Shown here: in pieces, positions 37,817-48,351 of the stretch
Position numbering within the stretch: position 1 is the stretch's first letter
Layout of the letters: each line of letters starts with the position of its first letter
Assembly (NCBI GenBank): GCA_963850395.1
Contig: CAWKKZ010000001.1
Span: 23,559-87,558, forward strand
Direction: 5' to 3'
Source: an uncultured Alphaproteobacteria bacterium
GTDB lineage: Bacteria > Pseudomonadota > Alphaproteobacteria > Sphingomonadales > Sphingomonadaceae
DNA length: 64,000 nucleotides
Made by a program: the position numbers and the translations under genes
The notes under the pieces: model-generated
Seen by the model: the letters and a program-made list of their open reading frames with translations, nothing else
Database searches by the model: none
What the model was told of the DNA's origin: nothing

Positions 37817-38416
37817 TCAAACCGCTCCTTGCCAGACTTTGATCGCCTCGATCGGATAGGCCAGCATCAGCACGTTGAGCGTCAGGTTATCGCGGATGAT
37901 CGCCAGCGTCATCAGCTCGAAGGCAAGCGCGATGGCCAGGGTTGCTTTCGAGGGCAGCCGCGCGGCGATCCAGAAGCCGAGCGACATCCAGACGATGTCA
38001 GCGGCAGAATTGATGATGCTGTCACCGGCATAGCCGAAGTTGGCGGTGACCGAGCGGTAGCGGTCGATGATCAGCGGCGAGTTTTCGAGCAATTCCCAGC
38101 TCGCCTCCAGCGCCACTGCGATCGGGAAGGCCCAGCGCGCCGGCACGCCGTCGAACCACCGCCAATGCCGCCACAGCAGGTGGGCACCGGCATAGAAGAT
38201 CATCCCGTGGATGATGTGGCTGAAAGTGTACCAGTCAGACAGTTGCTGGCTGTTCTCGGGCGAATTGACCGCCCCAGTCCACAGCCGGACCACGCCGCAT
38301 TCGCAGATCGGCGGACGGCCCATCGCAAACAGGATCGCGATCCCGTAGGCCGCGATCAGGAATGCAAGGATCCAGGCGCCGCGGTGCGGCACAAGACTGT
38401 CGGTGTGATCGGTCAT
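37817..38416 (-). CDS. DUF2585 (UPF0314) membrane protein
   Basis: MGRPPICECG, SQQLSDWYTFSHIIHG, WELLENSP, YAGDSIINS. Confidence 0.92.
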   Translation of the reverse strand: MTDHTDSLVPHRGAWILAFLIAAYGIAILFAMGRPPICECGVVRLWTGAVNSPENSQQLSDWYTFSHIIHGMIFYAGAHLLWRHWRWFDGVPARWAFPIAVALEASWELLENSPLIIDRYRSVTANFGYAGDSIINSAADIVWMSLGFWIAARLPSKATLAIALAFELMTLAIIRDNLTLNVLMLAYPIEAIKVWQGAV

Positions 38417-38943
38417 TCAGGCTCCTTGTCGGGTGGGATATTATCGCCAGCGCCCAGTTCGCGTTGCATGTAGAGTGTGTCGAGCCATTGCCCGTGTTTG
38501 CGGCCGATGCTGCGCAAGTTCCCGGCTTCATCGAAACCGCAGGCGGCGTGCAAGCGACGCGAGGCTGGTTCGGTCCCGCCGATCACCGCGACGATCTGAC
38601 GGAATCCGGCACGCTCGGCCTCGACCAGCAGCAACGCCAGCAAGGCCCTGCCGACCCCCTCTCCGCGGCGGTCATGGCGGATATAAACCGAGTTCTCGCA
38701 TGTGAAACGATAGGCCGCGCGGTCGCGGAACTGGGTGACATAGGCAAAACCGAGCACTTCACCGTCTTCGCTGCGGGCCACCAGCCAAGGCCAGCCTGCA
38801 TCGCGAACCTTGGCGAACCGTGCCGCCATTTCAGCTTCCTCTGGCGGCTCAATTTCATAGCTGGCGGTGCCGTGAACCACATGATGGGCATAGATCGCCG
38901 TGATTTCAGCAACATCGCTGGTCTGGGCTGGTTCAATCCGCAT
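38413..38943 (-). CDS. GNAT acetyltransferase (phosphinothricin acetyltransferase/MnaT-like)
   Basis: IYAHHV.HGTASYE, RDRAAY..TCENSVY, GVG, GRKHGQWLD. Confidence 0.92.
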   Translation of the reverse strand: MRIEPAQTSDVAEITAIYAHHVVHGTASYEIEPPEEAEMAARFAKVRDAGWPWLVARSEDGEVLGFAYVTQFRDRAAYRFTCENSVYIRHDRRGEGVGRALLALLLVEAERAGFRQIVAVIGGTEPASRRLHAACGFDEAGNLRSIGRKHGQWLDTLYMQRELGAGDNIPPDKEPE

Positions 38944-39020
38944 GCCGGGCATTGTGGCGCATTGTGCGGCCCGCGCCAAGGCCGTTGCAAGAATACGCGG
39001 CGCAGCTAAAACGCGCCGCA

Positions 39021-40526
39021 ATGGCCCGCACCGCACCCCCCAGTCCGGCCCGCCGCGCCTGCGTGATCGGCGCAGGCGCAGGCGGACTGGCGCTGGCGAT
39101 CCGGCTTCAGGCGGCGGGGATCCAGACGACCCTGGTCGAAGCGCAAGAACAGGTTGGCGGCTCGATTCAAGGTTGGGAGCGTAAGGGCTTTCGCTTCGAG
39201 GAAGGACCCGCATCGATCCCCGATCCGGCGCCGCTGCGCGAGCTATGGGCACTGGCCGGACGCGAGCTGGACGAAGCCGTAACCCTGCTCGAGGTCAGTC
39301 CGCAATGCCGCTTTTCCTGGCCCGACGGCACCACCTTCGACCTTTCCAGCGACGAGGGCGCGCTGGCCCGCGAAGTCTCCCGGCTTGCACCCGGCGATCT
39401 GGTCGGGTTTGAAGATTTCCAGCGCTGGCGCGAGCACACCCTGTCCGACGGGTTCGAAGACCAGGCGCAAGCGCCGCATCGCGGGCCGATAGACCTTGCG
39501 CGGGGGCTGCCCTTGCTGGCGCGCCACCAGGGTTGGCGCAGCGCTTATGGTCTGGCCGCCCACTTCGTCAAGAACGAGCGGCTGCGCGAAGCATTGGCCT
39601 TTCCCGCGCTGCTCGCGGGCGGCAATCCGATGCGCGCGCCAGCCTTTACATTGCTCACCCAGAACCTGTCGAGGGGCGCCTCCGCATGGTGGCCCGAGGG
39701 TGGGATGTGTGCATTGGTTGCGGCGTTGGCAGCCTTGTTCGAAGGAATCGGCGGAACCATCCGCCGCCACGATCCGGTGATCCAGATCCACACCTTGGGT
39801 AACCGCGCGCACGAGGTGGAAACGCTAAGCGGATGGCGCGCGCATTGCGACATGGCGGCGAGCAACGCCGATCTGGTCCACACCTACCGCGATCTTCTCG
39901 GCAGCAATCTCCGAGGACCTGAAATGGCCCGCAGGCTTGCCGCCGGACACTTTTCACCCGGACTGTTTACGGTCCACTTCGCGCTTGAGGGCTCCTGGCC
40001 GGGCATCCCGCACCGCTCGGTCCTGATGGGGCCGCGCTTTGCCGGGCTGTTTGCCGACCTGTTCGATCACGGGGTGTTGCCGCAAGACTTCGTGATGATG
40101 CTCGATCACCCCAGCGTCACCGACCCGACGCTCGCCCCGGCGGGCAAGTCGGTGCTGCGCGCTGCGATTCCAGTCCCCAACCAGCGGCGACTGCCGATCG
40201 ATTGGGAGACCATTGGGCAAGTTATCGCCAAACGCATCCTGGCCGAGGTTGGCCGGCGCCTGGTCCCTGACCTGTCCGACCGCCTCACCGCCGTGTTCCA
40301 TCGCAGTCCGCGCGATGCCGCGCTGGACCGCAATGCTTACGCTGGCGCGGCCTGGAGCCTTGAGCCGCGCAGCCTGCTGAGCCCGACACGGCGACCATCG
40401 GCGCGTGATGCGAAGATCCCCAACTTGTTTCTGGTCGGCGCCGGGACGCACCCTGGCGCAGGCTTGCCAGCGGTGCTTGGCGGAGCCAAGGGTGTCGCCA
40501 GGATGATGCTGGAGAGCACCACGTGA
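39021..40526 (+). CDS. crtI: Divergent phytoene desaturase (CrtI-like)
   Basis: VIGAGAGG, FVKNERLREALAF, GGNP, WWPEGG, NADLVHTY, PSVTDPTLAP, LVGAGTHPGAG; several canonical motifs altered. Confidence 0.7.
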   Translation: MARTAPPSPARRACVIGAGAGGLALAIRLQAAGIQTTLVEAQEQVGGSIQGWERKGFRFEEGPASIPDPAPLRELWALAGRELDEAVTLLEVSPQCRFSWPDGTTFDLSSDEGALAREVSRLAPGDLVGFEDFQRWREHTLSDGFEDQAQAPHRGPIDLARGLPLLARHQGWRSAYGLAAHFVKNERLREALAFPALLAGGNPMRAPAFTLLTQNLSRGASAWWPEGGMCALVAALAALFEGIGGTIRRHDPVIQIHTLGNRAHEVETLSGWRAHCDMAASNADLVHTYRDLLGSNLRGPEMARRLAAGHFSPGLFTVHFALEGSWPGIPHRSVLMGPRFAGLFADLFDHGVLPQDFVMMLDHPSVTDPTLAPAGKSVLRAAIPVPNQRRLPIDWETIGQVIAKRILAEVGRRLVPDLSDRLTAVFHRSPRDAALDRNAYAGAAWSLEPRSLLSPTRRPSARDAKIPNLFLVGAGTHPGAGLPAVLGGAKGVARMMLESTT

Positions 40527-41104
40527 AACGACTTGCGGTCTATTGCGGTTCGGCCAGCCCGGCCGATCCGCGTTATCTGGAATTGGCGCGCGAAGTGGGG
40601 GAGAGCCTGGCCTCGCGCGGCATCGGCGTGGTCTATGGCGGCGGGCGACTGGGGCTGATGGGGGCAGTGGCGAATGCCGCACTTGCAGCAGGCGGCGAAG
40701 TGATCGGAGTGATACCCGAAGCGCTCGAGCAGAGCGAAGTCGCCAACCGCGATTGCACTGAACTTCACGTGGTCAAGGACATGCACGAGCGCAAGGCGCT
40801 GTTCACCCGGTTGTCGGACGGTTTTCTGACCATCCCCGGCGGGGTTGGGACGATGGACGAGCTGTGGGAAGCGGTCAGCTGGGCACAGCTGGGCTATCAT
40901 GCCAAGCCGGTTGGTCTGCTCAACGCGCTGGGTTTCTTTGATCAGCTGATCGCCTTCAACCACCACATGGCCGCGGTCGGCTTCATCCGGCCCGCGCACC
41001 AAGGGATCCTGATCCACGAATGCGAGCTTGACCTGCTGCTTGCCCGGATGGCCGCGCACCAACCGCACACCCCGATCTTCGGAATGAAAAGTTCGGAGTT
41101 GTAA
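40523..41104 (+). CDS. LOG family nucleotide phosphoribohydrolase (TIGR00730-type)
   Basis: VYCGSA, VYGGGRLGLMG, MHERKA, PGGVGTMDELWE. Confidence 0.94.
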   Translation: MKRLAVYCGSASPADPRYLELAREVGESLASRGIGVVYGGGRLGLMGAVANAALAAGGEVIGVIPEALEQSEVANRDCTELHVVKDMHERKALFTRLSDGFLTIPGGVGTMDELWEAVSWAQLGYHAKPVGLLNALGFFDQLIAFNHHMAAVGFIRPAHQGILIHECELDLLLARMAAHQPHTPIFGMKSSEL

Positions 41105-41137
41105 GCCAAGGCCTCACCCCCTAGGCGCAAATCCGTC

Positions 41138-42031
41138 ATGCATTCCTACCCTGCCCCCGCGCTCGCCCTGGTCGAGAAAATGAGCGTTGCAGCAGCAACC
41201 GAGCCGACGCGCGCGATTGCCTTTCAGGGCGCTCCGGGTTGTAACGGACACCGCGCGGCCATGGAATACGATCCCGCCTGCCTGCCGCTGGCCTGCTTCA
41301 GCTTCGAGGACGCGATCGACGCGGTCCGCGAAGGCCGGGCGGACCGGGCGATTATTCCGATCGAGAATTCGCAGCACGGGCGCGTCGCGGATATTCACTT
41401 CCTGCTGCCCGAAAGCGGACTGTTCATCACCGGTGAGCACTTCGTGCCGATCACATATGCGCTGATGGCGCTTGGCGAGGGTCCCTTTGCTGCCGCTTAC
41501 AGCCATCCCCAGGCGCTGGGACAAACCAGGCATTACTTGCGGACGCGCGCGATCGTGCCGATGGCCTATGCCGATACTGCCGGAGCGGCTGCCTATGTCG
41601 CCGAGATGGGCGATGCCAAGGCCTGCGCGATCGCCCCGCCGATCGCCGCAAAGCTTTATGGCCTGAAGATTGTCGCCGAAGGGATCGAAGATTCGCCTGA
41701 CAACACCACTCGCTTCGTGGTGCTGGCGCGATCCCCGCGCGATCCCGCGAGCCTGATCGGCAAACCGGCAATGACGACTTTCGTGTTCGAGGTGAAGAAC
41801 ATACCCGCCGCGCTTTACAAGGCGCTTGGCGGCTTTGCCACCAACGGGGTCAATATGACCAAGCTGGAAAGCTATCAGAAGGGCGCGAGCTTTTCAGCGA
41901 CCACATTCTTTGCCGATATCGTCGGCGCCCCGGGCGATCCGGCGATCGACCGCGCGCTCGAAGAGCTGGCGTTCCACTGCAAGGAACTGCGCGTGCTCGG
42001 CACCTATCCGCTCGAACGCAAGCGCGGTTAG
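41138..42031 (+). CDS. pheA: Prephenate dehydratase
   Basis: AFQGAPG, IPIENS, YSHPQALGQ, DTAGAA, DNTTRF, PAALYKALGGFATNGVNMTKLES. Confidence 0.95.
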   Translation: MHSYPAPALALVEKMSVAAATEPTRAIAFQGAPGCNGHRAAMEYDPACLPLACFSFEDAIDAVREGRADRAIIPIENSQHGRVADIHFLLPESGLFITGEHFVPITYALMALGEGPFAAAYSHPQALGQTRHYLRTRAIVPMAYADTAGAAAYVAEMGDAKACAIAPPIAAKLYGLKIVAEGIEDSPDNTTRFVVLARSPRDPASLIGKPAMTTFVFEVKNIPAALYKALGGFATNGVNMTKLESYQKGASFSATTFFADIVGAPGDPAIDRALEELAFHCKELRVLGTYPLERKRG

Positions 42032-42090
42032 CGCCGGATTAGCCATTTCTCTCGCTTGCCCCGCGCCTTGGGCCATGCGAACAAGACCAG

Positions 42091-42735
42091 GTGACGGCGG
42101 CACCAGCAATCCAGGGGGCAGAGGCAGCGCAAGATGCCGCGCGCGCTTGGCAAGCGGTCCATGCCGATCCGGCGATCCAGTACGCCCCGGTCAACGTCAC
42201 AACAAAGCCGCCCGAACTGCCCGAATGGCTGACCCAGGTGCTTGAGGCGATCGCCCGCGCGCTTGGCATGTCGGCGCCGGTGCTCAAATGGGTACTGCTG
42301 GGCTGCGTCGCGCTGATCGTGATCTACGCATTATGGCGGCTGGCCGAGCCGCTGTTCGAGCGCGGGGCCAAACCCGTCGATCAGCCCGAAGACTGGACGC
42401 CCGCGCAAGCCGAAGCGCTGGCGTTGCTCGAAGATGCCGACCGGCTCGCTGCCGAAGGGCGCTTTGATGAGGCAGCACACCTGCTGCTCCAGCGCTCGGT
42501 CGCGCAGATCGCCGGGGCCCGACCCGACTGGGTACAGCCGGCCAGCACCGCGCGCGAGATCGCCTCGATCGGCGCCCTGCCCGAACGTGCCCGCAGCGCC
42601 TTCGCCACGATCACCGCGCGGGTCGAACGCAGCCGCTTTGCCCTGACCACGCTTGACGCAGCCGACTGGCAGGCGGCCCGCGCCGCTTATGCCGAGTTCG
42701 CGCTTGAGCGCATGCCGGCACTGTTAGCGACATGA
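42091..42735 (+). CDS. Membrane protein with DUF4129-like C-terminal domain
   Basis: One TM followed by GRFDEAAHLL...STARE...ERSRF. Confidence 0.7.
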   Translation: MTAAPAIQGAEAAQDAARAWQAVHADPAIQYAPVNVTTKPPELPEWLTQVLEAIARALGMSAPVLKWVLLGCVALIVIYALWRLAEPLFERGAKPVDQPEDWTPAQAEALALLEDADRLAAEGRFDEAAHLLLQRSVAQIAGARPDWVQPASTAREIASIGALPERARSAFATITARVERSRFALTTLDAADWQAARAAYAEFALERMPALLAT

Positions 42736-44054
42736 ACGGCGGCAGCGAGGATGGGGGTTTTTCACCCCGGGTGATGCTGGGGCTGGTGCTGTTTGGCGCT
42801 TTCGCGTTCATCGCCCTGTTGTGGATGATCGGTTCAGGCATGGCCGACCGCGAGCCCGATGCCACCGGCGCCCATGCCGGGGGGAAAGGCCTCAATGGCT
42901 ATGCCGCGCTGGCCAAGTTCATGGACAAGCGCGGCTGGGAGGTCAGCCAGGCGCGCAGCCGCGGGGCGCTCAAGCAAAGCGGTGTGCTGGTCCTGACCCC
43001 GTTGCACCGCAGCGATCCCGACGAGATTGAGGCCGCGGTCAAACTTCACCGTCAGGCTGGCCCGACCTTGGTGATCCTGCCCAAGTGGCAGGCCGCTTCC
43101 CTGCCGCGCACGACGATCACAGCGAAAGAAGGCTGGGTTTCGCTGGTCGGCGCCGATTCGCCCCAATGGCCGGGCTTCCACGACGAAATCGGGCTAAACC
43201 TCAAGCCAATGGACGGCGGCGGCTGGTCAGGCGGCGGGCTTCCGGGCACTCTGCCGCAGCCCGAGAAGGTTGCCTCAGCCGTCGTTGTCAATCAGCAAGG
43301 TAAACAGGCCTGGCCGCTGGTCCCGCTGGTGGTTGGCGAGGATGACGGGCGGATGCTGGCCGGATATGTTGCCGACGCCGACGGCTATCCGGGACTTGAG
43401 GATATCGCAGAGGGTGATCTGCCGGTGTTTGATGAAGAGATTGAGGGTGATGGTTCCTATCCGCTGATCTTCGTGTTCGAACCGGACTTGCTGAATAATT
43501 ATGGCTTCGCACAGAAGAGCAACGCCCTGCTTGCCGAAGTTTTGCTGCGCGCCGCGCTTGATGGCGAGGACAAGAAGCTGATCTTCGACCTGACCCTGCC
43601 CGGCTATGGCCGCTCGGAAAACTTGCTGACGCTGGCCTTCACCCCGCCATTCCTGGCCGCGACGCTGTGTCTGTTGCTGGCCGCTGCCGTGGTGTTGTGG
43701 CGGGCATTCAACCGTTTCGGACCGCCGTTCGCCTCAGGCCGGACGATCGCCTTCGGCAAGCGCGCACTGGTTGCCAATGCCGCCGGACTGGTCCGCCGGG
43801 CGCGGCGGTTGCACTTGGTCGGCCCGCCCTATGCCGATGCGGCACGCGATCGCCTGGCTCGCGCCCTCGCGCTGCCCCACCGGCTCGACTCTGCCGCAGC
43901 CGAAGCGGCAATCGACCGTGCGCTGGCCGTCCGCGCGCCCGACGCCAGACCATTTTCCGAGGCCGTTGCTGCTATGCGCAGCGCGCGGCGCCCTGCTGAT
44001 CTGTTGCGCGCCGCGCAGACCCTCCATTCGCTCGAAAGGATCCTGACCCGATGA
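42732..44054 (+). CDS. DUF4350-like membrane-anchored protein
   Basis: N-terminal [17 protein letters not shown]-terminal TM then RFGPP...LVANAAGL; operon context. Confidence 0.75.
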   Translation: MNGGSEDGGFSPRVMLGLVLFGAFAFIALLWMIGSGMADREPDATGAHAGGKGLNGYAALAKFMDKRGWEVSQARSRGALKQSGVLVLTPLHRSDPDEIEAAVKLHRQAGPTLVILPKWQAASLPRTTITAKEGWVSLVGADSPQWPGFHDEIGLNLKPMDGGGWSGGGLPGTLPQPEKVASAVVVNQQGKQAWPLVPLVVGEDDGRMLAGYVADADGYPGLEDIAEGDLPVFDEEIEGDGSYPLIFVFEPDLLNNYGFAQKSNALLAEVLLRAALDGEDKKLIFDLTLPGYGRSENLLTLAFTPPFLAATLCLLLAAAVVLWRAFNRFGPPFASGRTIAFGKRALVANAAGLVRRARRLHLVGPPYADAARDRLARALALPHRLDSAAAEAAIDRALAVRAPDARPFSEAVAAMRSARRPADLLRAAQTLHSLERILTR

Positions 44055-45007
44055 CCCTTACAGAAGTAGCCGCGCTCGCTCGGGCAATCCGCGCCGAAGT
44101 GGGCAAGGCCGTGGTCGGCCAGACCGAATCCCTCGACGGGCTGCTGGTGGCGCTGTTTGCTCAGGGCCACGTTTTGCTCGAAGGTCCGCCGGGTACCGCC
44201 AAGACCTTTCTGGCGCAGTGCTTCGCGGCCAGCCTGGGGCTCGATTTTGGGCGAATCCAGTTCACCCCGGACCTGATGCCGGGCGATATTCTGGGGTCCA
44301 ACCTGTTCAACTTCCAGACCAGCAAGTTCACGCTCACTCAGGGACCGATCTTCTGCGAGCTGCTGCTGGCCGACGAGATCAACCGCACCCCGCCCAAAAC
44401 CCAGGCGGCGCTGCTCGAAGCGATGCAGGAGCGCCGGGTGACGCTTGATGGTACGTCGCACGCCCTGCCCGCCAACTTCCTGGTGGTGGCGACCCAGAAC
44501 CCGATCGAGAGCCAGGGGGTCTATCCGCTGCCCGAGGCCCAACTTGACCGCTTCCTGTTCAAGCTGCTGGTGCCTTACCCCAGCCTGGAGGAGGAAGCCC
44601 GGATCGTTGCCACTTTCGGCGAACGCGCCGGCCCGCAGCGCCCCGCCGATCTGGGGGTGAGCGCTGTCGCAAGTGCCAAGGACGTGACCGAAGCAGCGCA
44701 GGCGGTAAAGTCCGTCAAGCTTGCCGATTCGGTGATCGACTATGTCGTTCGCCTGATCCGCGCCACGCGTGACAGCGCCGATCTGGCCGCCGGAGCAAGC
44801 CCGCGCGCCGCGGTGCTGCTGGCCAACGCCGCCCGCGCCCGCGCCGCGCTCGACGCACGCGACTATGTCGTGCCCGACGACGTCAAGGCGCTGGCTGGCG
44901 CGGTGCTACGCCACCGCCTGCTGCTCTCCCCCGCCGCCGAGATCGAAGGCAAGGCGGTGGAAGTGCTGGTCGCCGATCTGGTCGAAGCGACCGAGGCGCC
45001 GCGCTAG
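44051..45007 (+). CDS. MoxR family AAA+ ATPase
   Basis: [61 protein letters not shown]. Confidence 0.96.
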   Translation: MTLTEVAALARAIRAEVGKAVVGQTESLDGLLVALFAQGHVLLEGPPGTAKTFLAQCFAASLGLDFGRIQFTPDLMPGDILGSNLFNFQTSKFTLTQGPIFCELLLADEINRTPPKTQAALLEAMQERRVTLDGTSHALPANFLVVATQNPIESQGVYPLPEAQLDRFLFKLLVPYPSLEEEARIVATFGERAGPQRPADLGVSAVASAKDVTEAAQAVKSVKLADSVIDYVVRLIRATRDSADLAAGASPRAAVLLANAARARAALDARDYVVPDDVKALAGAVLRHRLLLSPAAEIEGKAVEVLVADLVEATEAPR

Positions 45008-45011
45008 GCCG

Positions 45012-46340
45012 ATGCACCCCCGCGCGCTCATCTTGCCAACGCCTCGTGCGCTGCTGCTGATCGCGGCGGCGGCGCCGGCAGCGTTATTGCTCGCGGTGCT
45101 GGCTCCGCAGGCCGCCGCCGCCGCCCCGGTGCTGGGGATCGCAGTGTTGGCGCTGATCGTGATCGACGGATTGCTGGCGGGCCGGATCAAGCAGCTGGAC
45201 CTCACCATCGTTCCCGATGTCGAAGTGGGCGAGGAAGGCTGGTTCCAGCTGTTCGCGCGGTTCACCAAGGGGCTGCGCAGCAAGGTTGAATGCGCGCTTG
45301 CCGCCGATCCGCGACTGCTACCCGGAGGGCGCAGTGAACATGCGCTGTTCCGGCTGGAGGACGGGGCCTGGCAAGTTGCGATCGGCTATCGCCCGACTCG
45401 GCGCGGTTCGGGCCTGGTCGAACGCGTGTGGCTGCGTTGGACCGGACCGCTGGGGCTGGGCGCGCGGCAGATGAAGCAGGACGCCGGGCAGGCAGTGCGG
45501 GTCTGGCCCAACCTGGCGCCGGTGCGCTCGCCAGCGTTGCAGGCGTTCCTGCGCAATTCCGAATTCGGCTTGATCGCACGGCGGATTCGCGGCGAAGGCT
45601 CGATGTTCGAAGCGCTCGCCGAGTTTCAGCCAGGAATGGACAAACGCCGGATCGACTGGAAAGCTAGCGCCCGCCACGCCCATCTCTACGCCAAAGAGTA
45701 TGAGGCCGAGCGCAACAACCAGATCGTTTTCGCTTTCGATTGCGGTCAGGCGATGTGCGAGCCGGTTGGCGGCCTGCCGCGGATCGATCGGGCGGTTTCG
45801 GCCGCGCTTGCCACCGCCTATGTCGCGCTGAAAGGCGGCGACCGGGTGGCGCTGTTCGGGTTTGCCGCAAGGCCCGAGGTGTTCACTCCGTTCGTAGCCA
45901 GCCCGCGCGAGTTCAAACGGCTGCAGATGGCCGCCGCAGGGCTCGACTACCATGCCCAGGAACCCAACTTCACGCTTGCGCTCGCCACGCTTGCCGGGCG
46001 CTTGCAGCGTCGCAGCCTGATCGTGGTGTTTTCTGACTTTACTGACCCGACCAGCGCGGAGCTGATGGTGGAGAGCATTTCCCGACTCACTTCGCGCCAT
46101 CTGGTGCTGTTCGTAACGCTCAGCGATGAAGAGCTCGACAGTCTAGCTACCGCCGCACCTGCAGATATGGAAGCGCTGGGCATGGCGGTCAGCGCCGATG
46201 CTCTGCTGCGCCAGCGTGCACTGGTGCTCTCCCGGCTGCGCCAGATCGGGGTGGACGTGATCGAGGCGCCCCATGAGCAGATCGGCACCCGGCTGATCGA
46301 CGCTTACCTGGCGATCAAGAACAAGGGGGCGATCGGCTGA
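45012..46340 (+). CDS. DUF58 (vWA-like) protein
   Basis: GEGSMFEAL.E, RIDWKASAR, E.ERN...FAFDCG..M, IVVFSDF. Confidence 0.92.
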   Translation: MHPRALILPTPRALLLIAAAAPAALLLAVLAPQAAAAAPVLGIAVLALIVIDGLLAGRIKQLDLTIVPDVEVGEEGWFQLFARFTKGLRSKVECALAADPRLLPGGRSEHALFRLEDGAWQVAIGYRPTRRGSGLVERVWLRWTGPLGLGARQMKQDAGQAVRVWPNLAPVRSPALQAFLRNSEFGLIARRIRGEGSMFEALAEFQPGMDKRRIDWKASARHAHLYAKEYEAERNNQIVFAFDCGQAMCEPVGGLPRIDRAVSAALATAYVALKGGDRVALFGFAARPEVFTPFVASPREFKRLQMAAAGLDYHAQEPNFTLALATLAGRLQRRSLIVVFSDFTDPTSAELMVESISRLTSRHLVLFVTLSDEELDSLATAAPADMEALGMAVSADALLRQRALVLSRLRQIGVDVIEAPHEQIGTRLIDAYLAIKNKGAIG

Positions 46341-47398
46341 TGGCGGTGTTCGGCCTGTTCGGCAGCAAGTCCGCTGCAGCGGACCAGGCGATCGTCGCTG
46401 CTGCCCTGCGCTCGGATCGTTTCCGGCAACAGCGCGAGGGTGACTGGAAGCGGCTCGAGGAAATCGTCGAGCGGATGGAAAATGGCCGCTTGCGCCGGGT
46501 CTCTGACGAGGACGTACTGGCGCTGCCGGTGCTCTACCGTACCGTTGCCTCAAGCCTGTCGGTAGCGCGCGAGACTTCGCTCGATGCGGCGACCCTGGCC
46601 TATCTCAACGGGCTGGTGCAGCGCGCCTGGTTCCTGGTCTATGGCCCGCGTACCACGCTGTGGTGGTGGCTGCGCGGCTGGCTGGGCGGCGGGTGGAGCG
46701 CAGCGGTGCGCAGTATCTGGGGCGAATGCCTGGTTGCCTTCGCACTGATGGCAGCGGGGGTGCTGGTCGGTTGGCTGCTCTGTGCCAGCGATCCCGACTG
46801 GTACTATTCGCTGGTCCCCACCCAGTTCCTCGACACCCGCATTCCAGGAGCGAGCCGCGAGGTGCTGCAAGCCACCCTGTTTGGGCAAAGCGGCGAGGAT
46901 GGGTTGAGCGTCTTTGCAGCGGCGCTGTTCAGCAACAACGCCAGCGTTGCGATCCTGTGTTTTGCGCTGGGCTTTGCTTTCGGCATCCCGCCGTTGCTGC
47001 TGCTGATCCACAACATGACCTCGCTGGGGGCCATGCTGTGGCTGTTCCACGGCCAGGGGCTGACGTATGAATTCGTCGGCTGGCTTTCCATCCACGGTAC
47101 GACCGAGCTGTTGGCGATCCTGCTGTCGGGCGCGGCAGGACTGCATGTCGGCCGTTCGATGGCGTTTCCCGGTGAGGCTTCGGTGCTCGAGGCGGCGGCC
47201 GCGGCGGGCCAGCGCGCTGCCACAGTGATGGCCGGCGCGGTGCTAATGCTGGTGATCGCCGCGATGCTGGAAGGGCTGGGTCGCCAGCTGATCGACAGCA
47301 CTCCGCTGCGTTACGGCATCGGCTATGGCATCCTGGCTTTCTGGCTGGCCTATTTCGCGCTGATGCGCCGCCGTCATGAAGACCGGCGCAGCGTATGA
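46340..47398 (+). CDS. SpoIIM-family membrane protein
   Basis: LYR...SLS.AR, LFSNNA, IHGTTELLAI, AAMLEG. Confidence 0.9.
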   Translation: MAVFGLFGSKSAAADQAIVAAALRSDRFRQQREGDWKRLEEIVERMENGRLRRVSDEDVLALPVLYRTVASSLSVARETSLDAATLAYLNGLVQRAWFLVYGPRTTLWWWLRGWLGGGWSAAVRSIWGECLVAFALMAAGVLVGWLLCASDPDWYYSLVPTQFLDTRIPGASREVLQATLFGQSGEDGLSVFAAALFSNNASVAILCFALGFAFGIPPLLLLIHNMTSLGAMLWLFHGQGLTYEFVGWLSIHGTTELLAILLSGAAGLHVGRSMAFPGEASVLEAAAAAGQRAATVMAGAVLMLVIAAMLEGLGRQLIDSTPLRYGIGYGILAFWLAYFALMRRRHEDRRSV

Positions 47399-48321
47399 AC
47401 GCGGCTGCCCTGCCCGCCCGCGCCGACCGTCGCCGCACCCTGGTGACGCCCGAAGGGATCGCCATGCCGGTGCTGCTGGCCAGCCGCGGAACCCGGTTCG
47501 GAGCGCTGCTGATCGACCTGACGATCATCTCGACCGCATTATTCGCCGTCACTCTGGTGTTGGTTCTGATCGCGGCGCAACTCTCAAAGTTTACCGGCGG
47601 CAAGTTCGAATCGGCCGAAGGCGGGTTCGGTCTGGCGCTGCAGGGGATAGTCATCCTCTATATCGCGTTCGCATTCCTGGTCCGCTACGGCTACTTCCTG
47701 TTCTTCGAGCTTGGCCCGCGCGGCGCCACGCCGGGCAAGCGGATGACCGGAATACGGATCGCGGCGCGCGGCGGCGGGCGGCTTTCGACCGAGATGGTGC
47801 TGGCCCGCAACCTGCTGCGCGATATCGAAGTGTTCATGCCGATTGCCGCACTCGCCTCGGCCCAGGGCGCGGGCCCAACCGGGTGGGCGGCGGCAGCCTG
47901 GTTCCTGGTCTTCGCACTGTTCCCGTTCTTCAACCGTGATCGCCTGCGCGCTGGGGATGTAATCGGCGGGACCTGGGTAATCGAGGCTCCCAAGCGCAAA
48001 CTCGAAGCCGCGATGTCTACCGGCAGGGTTGCAGCAAGCGGCACCAGCACGGCGACCGGAGCGTCCTACCGCTTCGGTGAGGCCGAGCTGGCGATCTATG
48101 GCGAATACGAATTGCAGACTTTGGAGCGAGTCCTGCGCGAGGACCGAGCGGAAGCGATCGTTGCGGTCCACGAGGCGATCTGCCGCAAGATCGGCTGGGA
48201 CCCCGGTGCAGGCGACGAGCGCGCCTTTCTGGAAGCCTTCTATACCCAGCTGCGCGGCCGGCTGGAGGCAGGCATGCGGCTGGGCCAGCGCAAGGCCGAC
48301 AAGCATACGGCCGGCGGCTGA
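47395..48321 (+). CDS. RDD family membrane protein
   Basis: TPEGI, ASRGTRFGALLID, GATPGK, RNLLR, RAGDVIGGT. Confidence 0.92.
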   Translation: MNAAALPARADRRRTLVTPEGIAMPVLLASRGTRFGALLIDLTIISTALFAVTLVLVLIAAQLSKFTGGKFESAEGGFGLALQGIVILYIAFAFLVRYGYFLFFELGPRGATPGKRMTGIRIAARGGGRLSTEMVLARNLLRDIEVFMPIAALASAQGAGPTGWAAAAWFLVFALFPFFNRDRLRAGDVIGGTWVIEAPKRKLEAAMSTGRVAASGTSTATGASYRFGEAELAIYGEYELQTLERVLREDRAEAIVAVHEAICRKIGWDPGAGDERAFLEAFYTQLRGRLEAGMRLGQRKADKHTAGG

Positions 48322-48339
48322 GAGCCGCCGGCCGTATGC
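48303..48339. terminator. Hairpin between convergent genes
   Basis: GCATACGGCCGGCGGCT-GAG-AGCCGCCGGCCGTATGC, 17-bp perfect stem overlapping the RDD stop codon. Confidence 0.7.
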
Positions 48340-48351
48340 CCGGGGTAAATC

